DNA of 64,000 nucleotides from Phenylobacterium sp. (GTDB lineage Bacteria; Pseudomonadota; Alphaproteobacteria; Caulobacterales; Caulobacteraceae): NCBI RefSeq assembly GCF_025351295.1, contig NZ_JANXWD010000087.1, positions 25,785 to 89,784 of the forward strand, read 5' to 3'. Shown piece by piece: positions 54,579 to 64,000 of this stretch (position 1 is its first letter; each line of letters starts with the position of its first letter). The notes under the pieces were generated by a model. It saw only the letters and a program-made list of their open reading frames with translations, ran no database searches and was not told where the DNA came from. The position numbers and the translations under genes were made by a program.

Positions 54579-54705
54579 GGCGGGCTTCCTTGCGAGAGAA
54601 TTTGGCCGCCGTGTTGCTCGGCGTGAGGGGAAGATGGTCCCGACCGTCGCCGTTGATAATCAGCGCGGATCGAACGACAGTGTCTCCGAACAGGAAACAA
54701 TCGCC

Positions 54706-55641
54706 ATGGACCGGCTGGATGAGATCCGCGCCTTCACCGCCGTCGCCGAGGCGCGCAGTTTCACCCAGGGCGCGCGCAAGCTGGACGTGTCGCCGGCCCA
54801 GATCTCCAAGCTGGTGGCGCGGCTGGAGAACCGGCTGGACGCGCGCCTGCTGAACCGCACCACCCGCGACGTGTCGCTGACTGACACCGGCCAGGCCTAT
54901 CTGGAGCGGGCGCGGGAGTTGCTGGAGGGGTTCGACGCGCTGGAGAGCTCGGTGCGCGACCAGAGCGGGCCCAGCGGGCAGCTGAAGGTCTCCGCCCCGG
55001 TGTCGTTCGGCAAGGGGCAGCTGACGCCGGCCCTGCTGGACTTCGCGTCGGCCCATCCGGCGGTGTCGCTGGACGTAGCCTTCGCCGACCGGCTGGTGAA
55101 CCTAGTGGAGGAGGGGTTCGACGTGGCAGTGCGGATCGGCCACCTGACCGACTCGTCCCTGGTGGCCAAGCGGCTGGCGGCGGTGCGGATGGTGACCTGC
55201 GCCTCGCCCGACTACCTGGCGCGGCATGGGCTGCCGGCGGCGCTGGAGGACCTGGCCCGGCACGAGGCGGTGCTCGACACCAACGCCCGCGAGGCCACCA
55301 CCTGGACCTTCGGCTCGCATTCCGACCGTCGTGAGGTGCGGGTGCATGGGCGGCTGCGGTTCAACGGGGCGGAGGCCTGCGTAGCGGCGGCGGTGGCGGG
55401 CTTCGGCGTCACCCGCACCCCGGCCTTCGCGGCGGCCGACGACCTGCGGGCCGGACGCATCGTGCCAATCCTCTGCAACTTCGAGCCGGAGCTGATCCAC
55501 GTCCACGCGGTCTATCCCCACGCACGGCATCTGGCGGCCAAGGTGCGGGCGTTCGTGGACTTCCTGGCCCAGCGCTACGCCGGCGAGCCACAGTGGCACC
55601 AGGGGTGGGGGGCTGAGGTGCGGCGGGTCGGGGCGTTGTAG
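54706..55641 (+). CDS. LysR family regulator (CrgA-like)
   Basis: N-terminal HTH (SFTQGAR...LENRL..RLLNRTTR); DVAVRIG motif. Confidence 0.95.
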   Translation: MDRLDEIRAFTAVAEARSFTQGARKLDVSPAQISKLVARLENRLDARLLNRTTRDVSLTDTGQAYLERARELLEGFDALESSVRDQSGPSGQLKVSAPVSFGKGQLTPALLDFASAHPAVSLDVAFADRLVNLVEEGFDVAVRIGHLTDSSLVAKRLAAVRMVTCASPDYLARHGLPAALEDLARHEAVLDTNAREATTWTFGSHSDRREVRVHGRLRFNGAEACVAAAVAGFGVTRTPAFAAADDLRAGRIVPILCNFEPELIHVHAVYPHARHLAAKVRAFVDFLAQRYAGEPQWHQGWGAEVRRVGAL

Positions 55642-55655
55642 AGTGGAGAACGGAT

Positions 55656-56069
55656 ATGGATCGACGTCTTGCGGTTGCGCTCTCGGTCACCGACCTGTTG
55701 TTCCTGGCCTACTGGGCCGTGGCCGCGGCGGCGCAGGCCGGGCTGATAGCCCTGCCGGCCTCGCTGATGTACGCGGGATATGACGAGCCGCGGGTGATCG
55801 CCTGGAACTGGTCGTTCCTGCCCATCGACCTGGCGTTCTCGGTGACGGGGCTGCTGGCGGTGCGGGCGGCGCGCCGAGCGGACCCGCTGTGGCGCCCTCT
55901 CACGCTGATCTCGCTGATCCTGACCCAGGTCGCCGGGCTGATGGCCGTCGGCTACTGGGCCCTTCTGGGCGAGTTCGACCTTTCCTGGTTCCTGCCGAAC
56001 GTGGCCCTGGTGCTGTGGCCGTTGGCCTTCCTGCCCAAGCTGGTCTGCAACCTGGGCGCGAAAGGCTAG
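55656..56069 (+). CDS. YvaD-like membrane protein
   Basis: AWNWSFLPID motif; hydrophobic. Confidence 0.75.
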   Translation: MDRRLAVALSVTDLLFLAYWAVAAAAQAGLIALPASLMYAGYDEPRVIAWNWSFLPIDLAFSVTGLLAVRAARRADPLWRPLTLISLILTQVAGLMAVGYWALLGEFDLSWFLPNVALVLWPLAFLPKLVCNLGAKG

Positions 56070-56905
56070 GCGAACGCCAGCCAACGGCCGGCGGCGGCGG
56101 TCATGACCCAGACCAGGATCGCGGCGAAGGCCATCAGCTTGACGAACGGGCCGCCTTCGCGGGTCCGGCCGGCGGTGAGGGCCTGCAGGGCGCCGAAGCC
56201 CAGGATCGCGCCGACGAAGGCCCAGGCGAACCCCTTGTTGACCGGATCGAGGTGCGCGTAGTCGTCGGCCTTGACCACGATGTGGGTCATCACCTGCTGG
56301 GCGGCGATCATGACCGCCATAACGGCCAGGTAGCCGATGCGGGTCAGTCCGCGGGTGGCGAAGAGGACGATCAGGCCACCGGCGCTGATCACATGCCAGA
56401 GGCCCGGGTTGGATAGCTTCGCCGCCAGGAACACCCAGATCGCCAGCAGGAAGAGCGCGACGCCGAGCAGTCCGGCCAGCCGCGACCCCACCCCCATGAC
56501 CCCGTCGTTGCGGGTCGTCGGCAAGGTGACGCCGAATGTCAGGATGATCCCGGCCAGCAGCCCGACCATCTTCGCCGAGAAGGCCCCGGAGGTGTAAAGC
56601 CGCGTGCCATTCGCCGAGCCGATCAACAGGCCGGTGACGATGATCCCGATCACCCCGGCCCACATCCAGCCGCGCAGGTTGCGGTGCACCTCCGATGGCG
56701 TCTCGTCGTTCAGGCCGACGCCGATCAGTCGCAGGTTCAGGAGGATGCTGGATCCGCCCAGGACCACCAGCGACAGGACGTGGCCCACTTCCAGCACAGC
56801 GAAGAGGTAGACGGAATCCTTGATCGGCTTGCCGGGAAAGGTGTTCTCTAGGCTCCCGACCCAGGCGGCGGCCTGGGGGAAAAGGTCTTGCGGCGCCAGG
56901 CTCAT
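56066..56905 (-). CDS. DUF6644-like membrane protein (long form)
   Basis: LEVGHVLSL and LNLRLIG motifs; start MSLAPQ overlaps the upstream stop. Confidence 0.75.
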   Translation of the reverse strand: MSLAPQDLFPQAAAWVGSLENTFPGKPIKDSVYLFAVLEVGHVLSLVVLGGSSILLNLRLIGVGLNDETPSEVHRNLRGWMWAGVIGIIVTGLLIGSANGTRLYTSGAFSAKMVGLLAGIILTFGVTLPTTRNDGVMGVGSRLAGLLGVALFLLAIWVFLAAKLSNPGLWHVISAGGLIVLFATRGLTRIGYLAVMAVMIAAQQVMTHIVVKADDYAHLDPVNKGFAWAFVGAILGFGALQALTAGRTREGGPFVKLMAFAAILVWVMTAAAGRWLAFA

Positions 56906-57516
56906 TTGGCGGTCCCGTCGAGCTCGAGGGCGCCGGTCTCGGAGGTCTGGCACTCCTCGGCGACATTGGCCCAGTGGGGCAGCGGCTTGCCGCAGTTGAA
57001 CCAGTCGTAGGCGATGAAGCGGCCGCAACTGATCACCAGGATCCACGAGGCCAGGGAGACGATCGCCGAGAGCCGCGCCGCGCGGGGCGGCTTGGGCTGG
57101 TTGTCCCAGGCGGGCATCGTCCGCTGCACCCGGAAGTGGAAGACCATGATGTTGATGGCCGCCAGGACGAGGAATATCAGCTTCAGGCGGAACCAGAGAT
57201 TATGGTAATAAAGCAATGGCTTGGCGTAGAACAATGCCGCGCCGGTCAGCATCATGATCACCAGGCCGAAGATCGTCAGCGGCAGGATCCGGTCGCTGAC
57301 CACGGACACCGGCGTGCGCTTGAAGATCACCCCCAGCAGCCGCAGGTCGACGATGAAGATGGTGCCGGCAAACAGCATCAGCGACAGGACGTGGGTGCCT
57401 TCCAGCAGGCTCCAGAAGTTCAGGGAGCCGGCGAGCAGGTCGCTCCAGGAGGGGTCGTCCGCGCCGGGTCCCTTGCCGACGTGCGTGGCCATCCAGACCA
57501 GGAACTCGCGTAGCAA
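56902..57516 (-). CDS. DUF6644-like membrane protein
   Basis: LEGTHVLSL, DLRLLG and N.WFRLKL motifs; TTG start with GGAGG SD. Confidence 0.78.
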   Translation of the reverse strand: MLREFLVWMATHVGKGPGADDPSWSDLLAGSLNFWSLLEGTHVLSLMLFAGTIFIVDLRLLGVIFKRTPVSVVSDRILPLTIFGLVIMMLTGAALFYAKPLLYYHNLWFRLKLIFLVLAAINIMVFHFRVQRTMPAWDNQPKPPRAARLSAIVSLASWILVISCGRFIAYDWFNCGKPLPHWANVAEECQTSETGALELDGTAK

Positions 57517-57719
57517 CTAGGAACCCCTCCCCAAAACCATACCGGCTCTTCTACAGCGTTCGGCGCCCGCGTCCATTTCGCGATTGCGTCGCCGCCGCAA
57601 TAGCCGCGAGGCCCCGGCGGCGGCGGACGCTACGGGGTCGCGGCAGTCGGAGCAATCGAGGCGTCGCGCCGGCCGGCGGCGGGCCTTGATTTTCGCAGGC
57701 GGAGCGGGTGCTTAGGGGC

Positions 57720-58742
57720 ATGAGCGGGGCGCCGACAGTGACGATCGCCGGGGCAGGCGTGCTGGGCCTGGCGAGCGCCCTGGCGCTGGCCGAGGCCGGC
57801 TGCGCGGTGACCGTCTGCGACCCGGGCGGCGGGCCCAACGCCTCGGGCGTGGCGGCTGGAATGATCGCCCCGGTGCTCGAGGCGGTGCTGGACGCCGAGG
57901 CGCGGGCCCACCTGGACCTGCTGATGGCCGGGCGCGACCGCTGGCCGGGACTGGCCCAGCGCGCCGGCCTGACGCTGGACCGGTCCGGGGCGCTGGCGGT
58001 GGGGGATGAGACCTGGCTGGCAGGCGTGGCCGCCGGGTTCGGGGCCCTGGGCCTGCGGGCGACCGAGATCGCGCCCGCGACCGCGCTGGCGCTGGCGCCG
58101 GGGCTGTCCGAGCGGGCCGGACGGGCGCTGCTGACGCGGGAGGACTGGCGGGTCGATCCGCAGGTCGCCCTGCCGGCCCTGCGCCGGGTGGCGGCGGCGC
58201 GCGGCGTGGTGTTCCGGACCGAGGCGGTCACCGGTCGGGGCGAGGCCGATGTACTGGTGATCGCCAGCGGGGCAGGGCAGGGGCTGGCCGCTGCGGCGCC
58301 GGAACTGTCGCGCCTCAGTCCGATCAAGGGGCACATCATGCGGTTCCTGGCGCCGGCCGCGGGCCTAACCGTCCGCGCCGAGACCGCCTACGCCGCGCCG
58401 GGCGAGAGCGGGCTGGCGGTGGGGGCGACCATGGAGCCCGGGCGCGCCGACACCCTGGTGGACTTCGCGGCCGCCGCGCCGCTGCTGGCGGCGGGTGTGA
58501 AGCTGTTCCCGAAACTGGCCGACACCCGGTTCGAGCTCGCGGCGGGAGTGCGGGCCGCCACGCCGGATGGGTTGCCCATGGTCGGCTGGAGCGCCGCGCC
58601 GGGCGTGTTGCTGGCGGTGGGCGCGCGGCGCAACGGCTGGCTGCTGGGGCCGCTGGTCGCCGAGATCGTGGCGGCTTGCGTGACGGGGCGCGAACCTGGC
58701 CCCTATGCGGCGATGTTGGATCCCGCCCGCTTTCGAGGATGA
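57720..58742 (+). CDS. FAD-dependent glycine/D-amino-acid oxidase (ThiO-like)
   Basis: GAGVLG, NASGVAAGM, PIKG, GVRAATPD and RNG.LL motifs. Confidence 0.85.
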   Translation: MSGAPTVTIAGAGVLGLASALALAEAGCAVTVCDPGGGPNASGVAAGMIAPVLEAVLDAEARAHLDLLMAGRDRWPGLAQRAGLTLDRSGALAVGDETWLAGVAAGFGALGLRATEIAPATALALAPGLSERAGRALLTREDWRVDPQVALPALRRVAAARGVVFRTEAVTGRGEADVLVIASGAGQGLAAAAPELSRLSPIKGHIMRFLAPAAGLTVRAETAYAAPGESGLAVGATMEPGRADTLVDFAAAAPLLAAGVKLFPKLADTRFELAAGVRAATPDGLPMVGWSAAPGVLLAVGARRNGWLLGPLVAEIVAACVTGREPGPYAAMLDPARFRG

Positions 58743-58743
58743 C

Positions 58744-59913
58744 ATGAACGGCTTCTGGTTCAGCGAGGAACAGCAGGCGATCCGCGAGGGCGTGCTGAAG
58801 CTGTGCGAACGCTTCGACGCCGACTACTGGCGGCGCACCGACGAGACCGGCGACTTTCCGGAGGCCTTCGTGGCGGCGATGGCGGACGCCGGCTGGCTGG
58901 GCGCGGCCATGCCGGTGGAACTGGGCGGCTCGGGCCTGGGCCTGACCGAGGCGGCGATCGCCATGCAGGCGGTGGCGGAGAGCGGGGCCGGCTTCTCCGG
59001 CGCCAGCGCGCTGCACCTCAACATCTTCGGCCCCATGCCGTTGGCCAAGTTCGGGACCGACGACCAGAAGCGCAAGCTGATCCCGCGGCTGATCTCCGGC
59101 GAGGACCGGATGTGCTTCGGGGTCACCGAACCCGACGCCGGCCTCGACACCACCAGCCTGACTACCAAGGCCGTGCGCACCAACGACGGCTATGTGATCT
59201 CCGGCCGCAAGATGTGGACGACCATGGCCCAGCGCGCCACCAAGATGCTGATCGTCGCCCGCACCACGCCCAAGGACCAGGTCGCCAAGGCCACCGACGG
59301 CATCAGCCTGTTCTACGTCGACTTCGACCGCGAGCGGATCCACGCCACGCCGATCCCGAAGATGGGCCGCAAGGCGATCGAGTCCAATTCCGTGTTCATC
59401 GACGACCTGCATGTGCCCGCCGACGCCCTGGTGGGCGAGGAGGGGCGGGGCTTCTACTACCTGCTGGCCGGCCTCAACCCCGAGCGCGTGCTGATCGGGG
59501 CCGAGGCCGTGGGGCTGGGGCGCGCGGCGCTGAAGCGGGCGGCGGCCTATGCCATGGAGCGGGTCGTGTTCGGCCGGCCGATCGGCCAGAACCAGGGCGT
59601 GGCCCACCCCCTGGCCAAGGCCTGGGCGGACCTGGAGGCGGCCAACCTGATGGCCTTCAAGGGCGCCGCCCTCTACGACGCCGGCCGCGAGTGCGGGGCC
59701 GAGGCCAATGCGGCCAAGTACCTGGGCGGGGAAGCCGGGTTCAACGCCTGCGAGGCGGCGGTGATGGCGCACGGTGGCATGGGCTATGCCAAGGAATACG
59801 ACGTGGAGCGCTATTTCCGCGAGGCGATGATCGCTCGGATCGCGCCGGTCAGCCGCGAGATGATCTTCAACTACATCGCCGAGCGGGTGCTGGGCCTCCC
59901 GAAGAGCTACTGA
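58744..59913 (+). CDS. acyl-CoA dehydrogenase
   Basis: FGVTEPDAG, GRKMW, RVVFGRPI and HGGMGY motifs. Confidence 0.93.
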   Translation: MNGFWFSEEQQAIREGVLKLCERFDADYWRRTDETGDFPEAFVAAMADAGWLGAAMPVELGGSGLGLTEAAIAMQAVAESGAGFSGASALHLNIFGPMPLAKFGTDDQKRKLIPRLISGEDRMCFGVTEPDAGLDTTSLTTKAVRTNDGYVISGRKMWTTMAQRATKMLIVARTTPKDQVAKATDGISLFYVDFDRERIHATPIPKMGRKAIESNSVFIDDLHVPADALVGEEGRGFYYLLAGLNPERVLIGAEAVGLGRAALKRAAAYAMERVVFGRPIGQNQGVAHPLAKAWADLEAANLMAFKGAALYDAGRECGAEANAAKYLGGEAGFNACEAAVMAHGGMGYAKEYDVERYFREAMIARIAPVSREMIFNYIAERVLGLPKSY

Positions 59914-60411
59914 ATGGGCCTGCGCATCGAGAGCGCGCGGCTATGCCTGGACCGGTTTGAACTGGCCGACGCCGATGATGTGTTTCGGTGCATCACGCCT
60001 GCAGTGACCCGGTTCCTGTCATGGGACCCTCCGACCTTCGATGACTACATGTCGAGATGCGAAAGCCTTGTGCAGGCCGACATCCAGACGGAGGTTCAGT
60101 TCGTTATCCGGCGCAAAGACAGCCGGGAGTGCTTGGGCATCGCTGGAATAGATCGCCTGAGAGATGATCTCCCCGAACTTGGCATCTGGATGAAGGAAGC
60201 GGCTCACGGCCAGGGCTATGGCCGAGAGGCTGTCGAAGCGATCGCGGCGTGGGCGTCAAGCATCTTGAACAAAGGTGGCTTCATCTACCCCGTCGCCATC
60301 GAGAACATCGCCAGCCGGCGGATTGCCGAAGGTCTGCGGGGAGAGGTCTTCGCCAGCCGGTCGAGCCAGAAGTACGATTCGGTCGTCTACAGAATCCCAG
60401 CGGTGACATGA
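59914..60411 (+). CDS. GNAT (RimJ/RimL-like) acetyltransferase
   Basis: HGQGYGREAV acetyl-CoA motif; N.ASRR; lower GC than flanks. Confidence 0.85.
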   Translation: MGLRIESARLCLDRFELADADDVFRCITPAVTRFLSWDPPTFDDYMSRCESLVQADIQTEVQFVIRRKDSRECLGIAGIDRLRDDLPELGIWMKEAAHGQGYGREAVEAIAAWASSILNKGGFIYPVAIENIASRRIAEGLRGEVFASRSSQKYDSVVYRIPAVT

Positions 60412-60523
60412 GGCTGGCAGGCTTCGTGTACCGCGCTGTCCCCGAGGTGGATCGATGTGACAGATATTACACGTGTCACTCGTTTTGTAAATTACACGAG
60501 TAGACGGAAGGATCCGCCGAGGG

Positions 60524-60539
60524 TTAACGGCGCATTCAC
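60524..60539 (+). promoter_or_regulatory. candidate CtrA box
   Basis: TTAA-CGGCGCA-TTCAC versus TTAA-N7-TTAAC. Confidence 0.5.
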
Positions 60540-60562
60540 CATGATCGGCGACTTCCTAGGGG

Positions 60563-61387
60563 ATGGCCGTCCAAGGCATCCGGGGCATCGTCGAAGCCGC
60601 GATCGAACGCGCCTCCAAGGCGACGGGCGTCGATTTCGGATTCCTGATGAAGACCGCCGGGCGCGAGAGCGGGATGAATCCCGTCGCCAAGGCCGGCTCA
60701 TCCTCCGCCGCGGGGCTGTTCCAGTTCGTGGAGCAGACCTGGCTGTCGACGCTCAAGCAGCATGGCTCGAAGTACGGCTATGCCCGCTATGCCGAATTGA
60801 TCAACAAGGGCTCCGACGGCCGCTACCACGTCGACGGCGCCGAGGCGAAGCGCGCGGTGATGGACCTACGGCTGGACCCGCACGCCGCGTCGCTGATGGC
60901 CGGCGAACTGGCGTCGCAGTCGGCGGCCTATCTGAAGGGCCGGGTGGGGCGCGATCCCACGGCGGGCGAACTCTATGCCGCGCACTTCCTGGGGCCGCAG
61001 GGGTCGGCGCGGCTGATCGAGGCGGTGCAGACCCGGCCGGGCGTTTCGGCCGCCTCGCTGTTTCCGGACGCGGCCCATGCCAACAAATCGATCTTCTACC
61101 GCGACGGGCGCGCCGCCACGGTGGGCGAGGTCTACGCCAACCTGACCAAGACCGGCGGCGGCCAGCAGGGCGTCGAGACGGCTCCGGCGGTCGACCCGCA
61201 GGACGGCGGCTTCATCCAGTACGCCTCGGCCCGGCGCATCTCCCGACAGCACGAGCAGGAGGCGCTGATCTCGATGATCCTGCACGGCGCGCAACCGGAC
61301 GACCAGACCGGCGTCGGCAGCCGCCTGACCGGCTCGATGTTCACCAGCGAGATGCTGAAGCTGATGTCGGACAGCCGGGAAGGCTGA
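60563..61387 (+). CDS. lytic transglycosylase (SLT-like) family protein
   Basis: RES catalytic Glu, SSAAGLFQF and LYAAHFLG motifs. Confidence 0.88.
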   Translation: MAVQGIRGIVEAAIERASKATGVDFGFLMKTAGRESGMNPVAKAGSSSAAGLFQFVEQTWLSTLKQHGSKYGYARYAELINKGSDGRYHVDGAEAKRAVMDLRLDPHAASLMAGELASQSAAYLKGRVGRDPTAGELYAAHFLGPQGSARLIEAVQTRPGVSAASLFPDAAHANKSIFYRDGRAATVGEVYANLTKTGGGQQGVETAPAVDPQDGGFIQYASARRISRQHEQEALISMILHGAQPDDQTGVGSRLTGSMFTSEMLKLMSDSREG

Positions 61388-61388
61388 T

Positions 61389-62585
61389 TCACCCCGCCGC
61401 GCCGCTCGCGAACATCGCCTCGACGGCCGCTTCGGCGTAGCCCAGTTCGGCCAGGACCTCGCGGGTGTGCTCGCCCAGTTTCGGAGCCGGGGGACGCACC
61501 GTGGCGTCCGCGCCGGGGAAGCGGGCCGGGGCGGCCGGCGAGCGGTAGGTGCCGCCGTGGCCGTCTTCCACGTCGACGAAGGCGCCGGCGGCGGCGATCT
61601 GCGGATCGGCGGCGACCTCGGCCGGGGTCTGCATCGCCGCCCAGACCAGATCGGCCGCGTCGAGGCGCCGCGCGATCTCCTCGAAGGGGAGGGCGGCGAA
61701 GGCGGCGTCGAGTTCGGCCGCCAGGTCGCGGGCATTGGCGCGGCGCGCCTTGCCGCTGGCGAAGCGCTCGTCGGTGATCAGGTCGGGCCGTCCGGCGGCC
61801 GTGGCGAACGCCTCCCAGCCGCCGGAGCCGCCGCGCGGGTTGTGCACGAACCAGCGGTCGTCGGCGCTCTTGAAGTAGTTGGCGAGCGCATTGATCGGGT
61901 TGTCGCGCGGCCGGACCGAGGCGACGCGGCCGAACTTCAGCTGCACCGCCATGTCGGAGCCCCAGAGGTAGACGCCGGACGCCAGCAGCGAGGTTTGCAC
62001 CAGGCGGCCCTCGCCGGTGCGGTCACGCTCGTAGAGGGCGGCCAGGATCGCCGAGACGGTGGCCAGCGAGGTGGTGTGGTCGCCCATGCCCGAGGTGCGC
62101 ATGAACGGCTCGGCCCCCTTGGGCGCGGTCATGTAGCCGATGCCGGAGCGGGCCCAGAAGGCGGTGACGTCGAAGCCGGGCAGGTGGGCGTCCGGACCTT
62201 CCAGGCCATAGCCGGTGATCACCGCGTAGACGAGCCGCGGGTTGGCGGCGCGCAGGGTCACGTCGTCCAGGGCATATTTGCGCAGCGACACCGGCCGCAC
62301 ATTAGTCAGGAAGACGTCGGCGGTTTCGGCGAGCTTCGCCAGGGCGTCGCGGCCCTGCGGCTTTGTGATGTCGAGCACGACGCCACGCTTGCCCCGATTG
62401 TCGAGGTCGAAGGTCGGGTTGGCGCCGAGGTCGGTCTTCAGGTCGGCGAAGGCCGCGCGCATCATGTCGCCGCCGGGCCGCTCCACCTTGATCACGTCGG
62501 CGCCCCAGTCGCCAAGGATGCAGGCGGCGCCCGGCCCGGCGATGTAGGCGGAGAAATCGACGACCTTCAGACCCTTGAGCAGCAC
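61389..62585 (-). CDS. CaiB/BaiF family III CoA-transferase
   Basis: LGDWGADVIKVE, NRGKR, TNVRP and PGFD motifs. Confidence 0.93.
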   Translation of the reverse strand: MLLKGLKVVDFSAYIAGPGAACILGDWGADVIKVERPGGDMMRAAFADLKTDLGANPTFDLDNRGKRGVVLDITKPQGRDALAKLAETADVFLTNVRPVSLRKYALDDVTLRAANPRLVYAVITGYGLEGPDAHLPGFDVTAFWARSGIGYMTAPKGAEPFMRTSGMGDHTTSLATVSAILAALYERDRTGEGRLVQTSLLASGVYLWGSDMAVQLKFGRVASVRPRDNPINALANYFKSADDRWFVHNPRGGSGGWEAFATAAGRPDLITDERFASGKARRANARDLAAELDAAFAALPFEEIARRLDAADLVWAAMQTPAEVAADPQIAAAGAFVDVEDGHGGTYRSPAAPARFPGADATVRPPAPKLGEHTREVLAELGYAEAAVEAMFASGAAG

Positions 62586-62630
62586 GCGCGGCCTCCCCGT
62601 TTGGGTAAGGCTTTAGCGGGCGGGAGGAGC

Positions 62631-64000
62631 CTAGGCTACCGCCCGTTCGTTGACCGGGGCCTTCGCCGAGAGAGCTTCGGCGAGGGCGCGGGCGGCGGCT
62701 GGGACGGCCACCGGGCGGCGCAACAGGGCGTCGGCGCCAGCGGCCAGGGCGGCCTGGGCCTCCTCCGCGTCGCCGCCGGTCAGGGCTACGGCGGGGGTGC
62801 GGCCGGCCGCGCCGCCCAGGGCCCTGAGCGCGCAGATCGTCTCGGCGCCGGACACCACCACGACGTCGAGGTCGCAGACCCTCGCCAGCTCCACCGCCCG
62901 CGCGCCATCGGCGGCGTGGACGACCTGATGGCCCAGCTGTTCGAGGCTGGCGCGCAGCATGGCGGCGGACAGCGCTTCCGGCTCGACGGTGAGGATGCGC
63001 AGGCGCCGGGCGGAGGCCTCGGGCGGCGGGGCGGGTTCGGCCGGGGCCGGTGCGGCCGTGGGATCGAACGGCAGGTCGAGGGTGAAGCAGCTGCCGACCC
63101 CGGGCGCGCTCTCGGCCCGCAGGTCGCCGCCCATCAGCCGCGCGAGCTGGTTGGCCAGCGGCAGGCCGAGACCCGCCCCGGAGCTGCCGGCGCTGGTGCG
63201 AGCGACCCGCTGGAAGGGCTGGTGGGCCGTAAGCAGCTCGTCCTCGCTGAGCCCTGGCCCGGTGTCGGCGACCGCCACCGAGACACGGCGCTCACCGGCG
63301 CGCTGGACCCGCACCTCTACCCGTCCGCGGACGGTGAACTTCACGGCGTTGCCGATCAGCGCGGCCAGCACCTGGCGGGCGCGGGCGGGGTCGGCGATCG
63401 CCGCGCCTGGGCCGACGGCAAGGGCGGCGTCGACGTGGACGGTGAGCTCCAGGCCCTTGGCGGCGGCGGCGGGCCGGTTCAGCAGCACCAGGTCGCGGGC
63501 CAGAGCGGTGAGGTCCACCGGCCGCGGCTCGACGCTGAGCCTTCCGGCCTCGGCGCTCTCGGCGTCGACGGTGGTGTTGAGCACCGCCAGCAGGTCGTTG
63601 ACGGCGTCCAGGGCGGCGCCGATCTGCTGGCGCGACGGCGCGGCGCGCCCGCGACCGGCGGCGGAGGCCAGGACGTGGGCGACGCCGGTGAGGCCGTTGC
63701 GGATTTCGTCCGAGAGCGTGGAGACCAGGTCCGACTTGGAGCGGGCCAGCCGGCGGGCCGCTTCGGCCTGCTCGCCGCGCTCGGCGATCAGGATCTCGCG
63801 TTCGGCGGCCAGGGCGAACTGGGTGCGCAGGATCCGGTTGACCAGCATGGCCAGCGCCAGGGCCAGCGCCGAGGCCGCCAGGGCCAGGCGGGCGATCGGC
63901 TGGTCCTGCGGCCGCAGCAACAGGGCGATCAGCGGACCGGCCAGTGCGGCGGGGGCGACGATCAGCAGGCTGGGCAGCCAGGGGGCGGTGAACACCACGC
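62631..64000 (-). CDS. membrane hybrid pseudo-histidine kinase with degenerate receiver (5' end outside window)
   Basis: H-box SDEIRNGL; intact GNAVKFT, DTGPG and GAGLGL boxes; receiver with VEP, VVVS and LLRRP. Confidence 0.88.
   Translation of the reverse strand, partial: VVFTAPWLPSLLIVAPAALAGPLIALLLRPQDQPIARLALAASALALALAMLVNRILRTQFALAAEREILIAERGEQAEAARRLARSKSDLVSTLSDEIRNGLTGVAHVLASAAGRGRAAPSRQQIGAALDAVNDLLAVLNTTVDAESAEAGRLSVEPRPVDLTALARDLVLLNRPAAAAKGLELTVHVDAALAVGPGAAIADPARARQVLAALIGNAVKFTVRGRVEVRVQRAGERRVSVAVADTGPGLSEDELLTAHQPFQRVARTSAGSSGAGLGLPLANQLARLMGGDLRAESAPGVGSCFTLDLPFDPTAAPAPAEPAPPPEASARRLRILTVEPEALSAAMLRASLEQLGHQVVHAADGARAVELARVCDLDVVVVSGAETICALRALGGAAGRTPAVALTGGDAEEAQAALAAGADALLRRPVAVPAAARALAEALSAKAPVNERAVA

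Noticed and set aside
1-64000. tRNA, rRNA, transposase, integrase, toxin-antitoxin or defence genes
   Set aside because: No supporting motifs found by eye; tRNAscan-SE, Infernal and HMM scans would be needed to exclude them formally.

Overview
64-kb chromosomal segment of a high-GC (about 69-70% by eye) alphaproteobacterium. Gene content and style are Caulobacteraceae-like, probably Phenylobacterium-like (inference). It is densely coding, with about 67 supportable CDSs: CoA-dependent and detoxification enzymes (4 crotonases, 4 GSTs, 3 SDRs, 2 CoA-transferases, 2 acyl-CoA synthetases), ppc, eda, lldD, rlmJ, an EF-G-like GTPase, a bacterial type IB topoisomerase, a two-domain cold-shock protein, a TonB-dependent receptor, AsmA, an M13 peptidase and signalling proteins. 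I saw no rRNA, tRNA, CRISPR array, IS or prophage. The non-obvious signals are: (i) a family of REP-like hairpin doublets, one of which fills a whole divergent intergenic region and contains both start codons and both Shine-Dalgarno sites; (ii) several EcfG/SigT-type general-stress promoters, including a perfect one in front of TopIB; (iii) two signalling proteins with substituted phosphoacceptors (receiver Asp->Asn; kinase His->Asp); (iv) a low-GC islet with two tandem FlbD-like paralogues followed by two 70-bp inverted-repeat elements; (v) a frameshifted kduD-like remnant in front of eda; (vi) candidate LytTR, WYL-type, PhaR and CtrA operators; (vii) a TonB receptor with no signal peptide. 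All family calls come from motif recognition by eye; no database searches were run.
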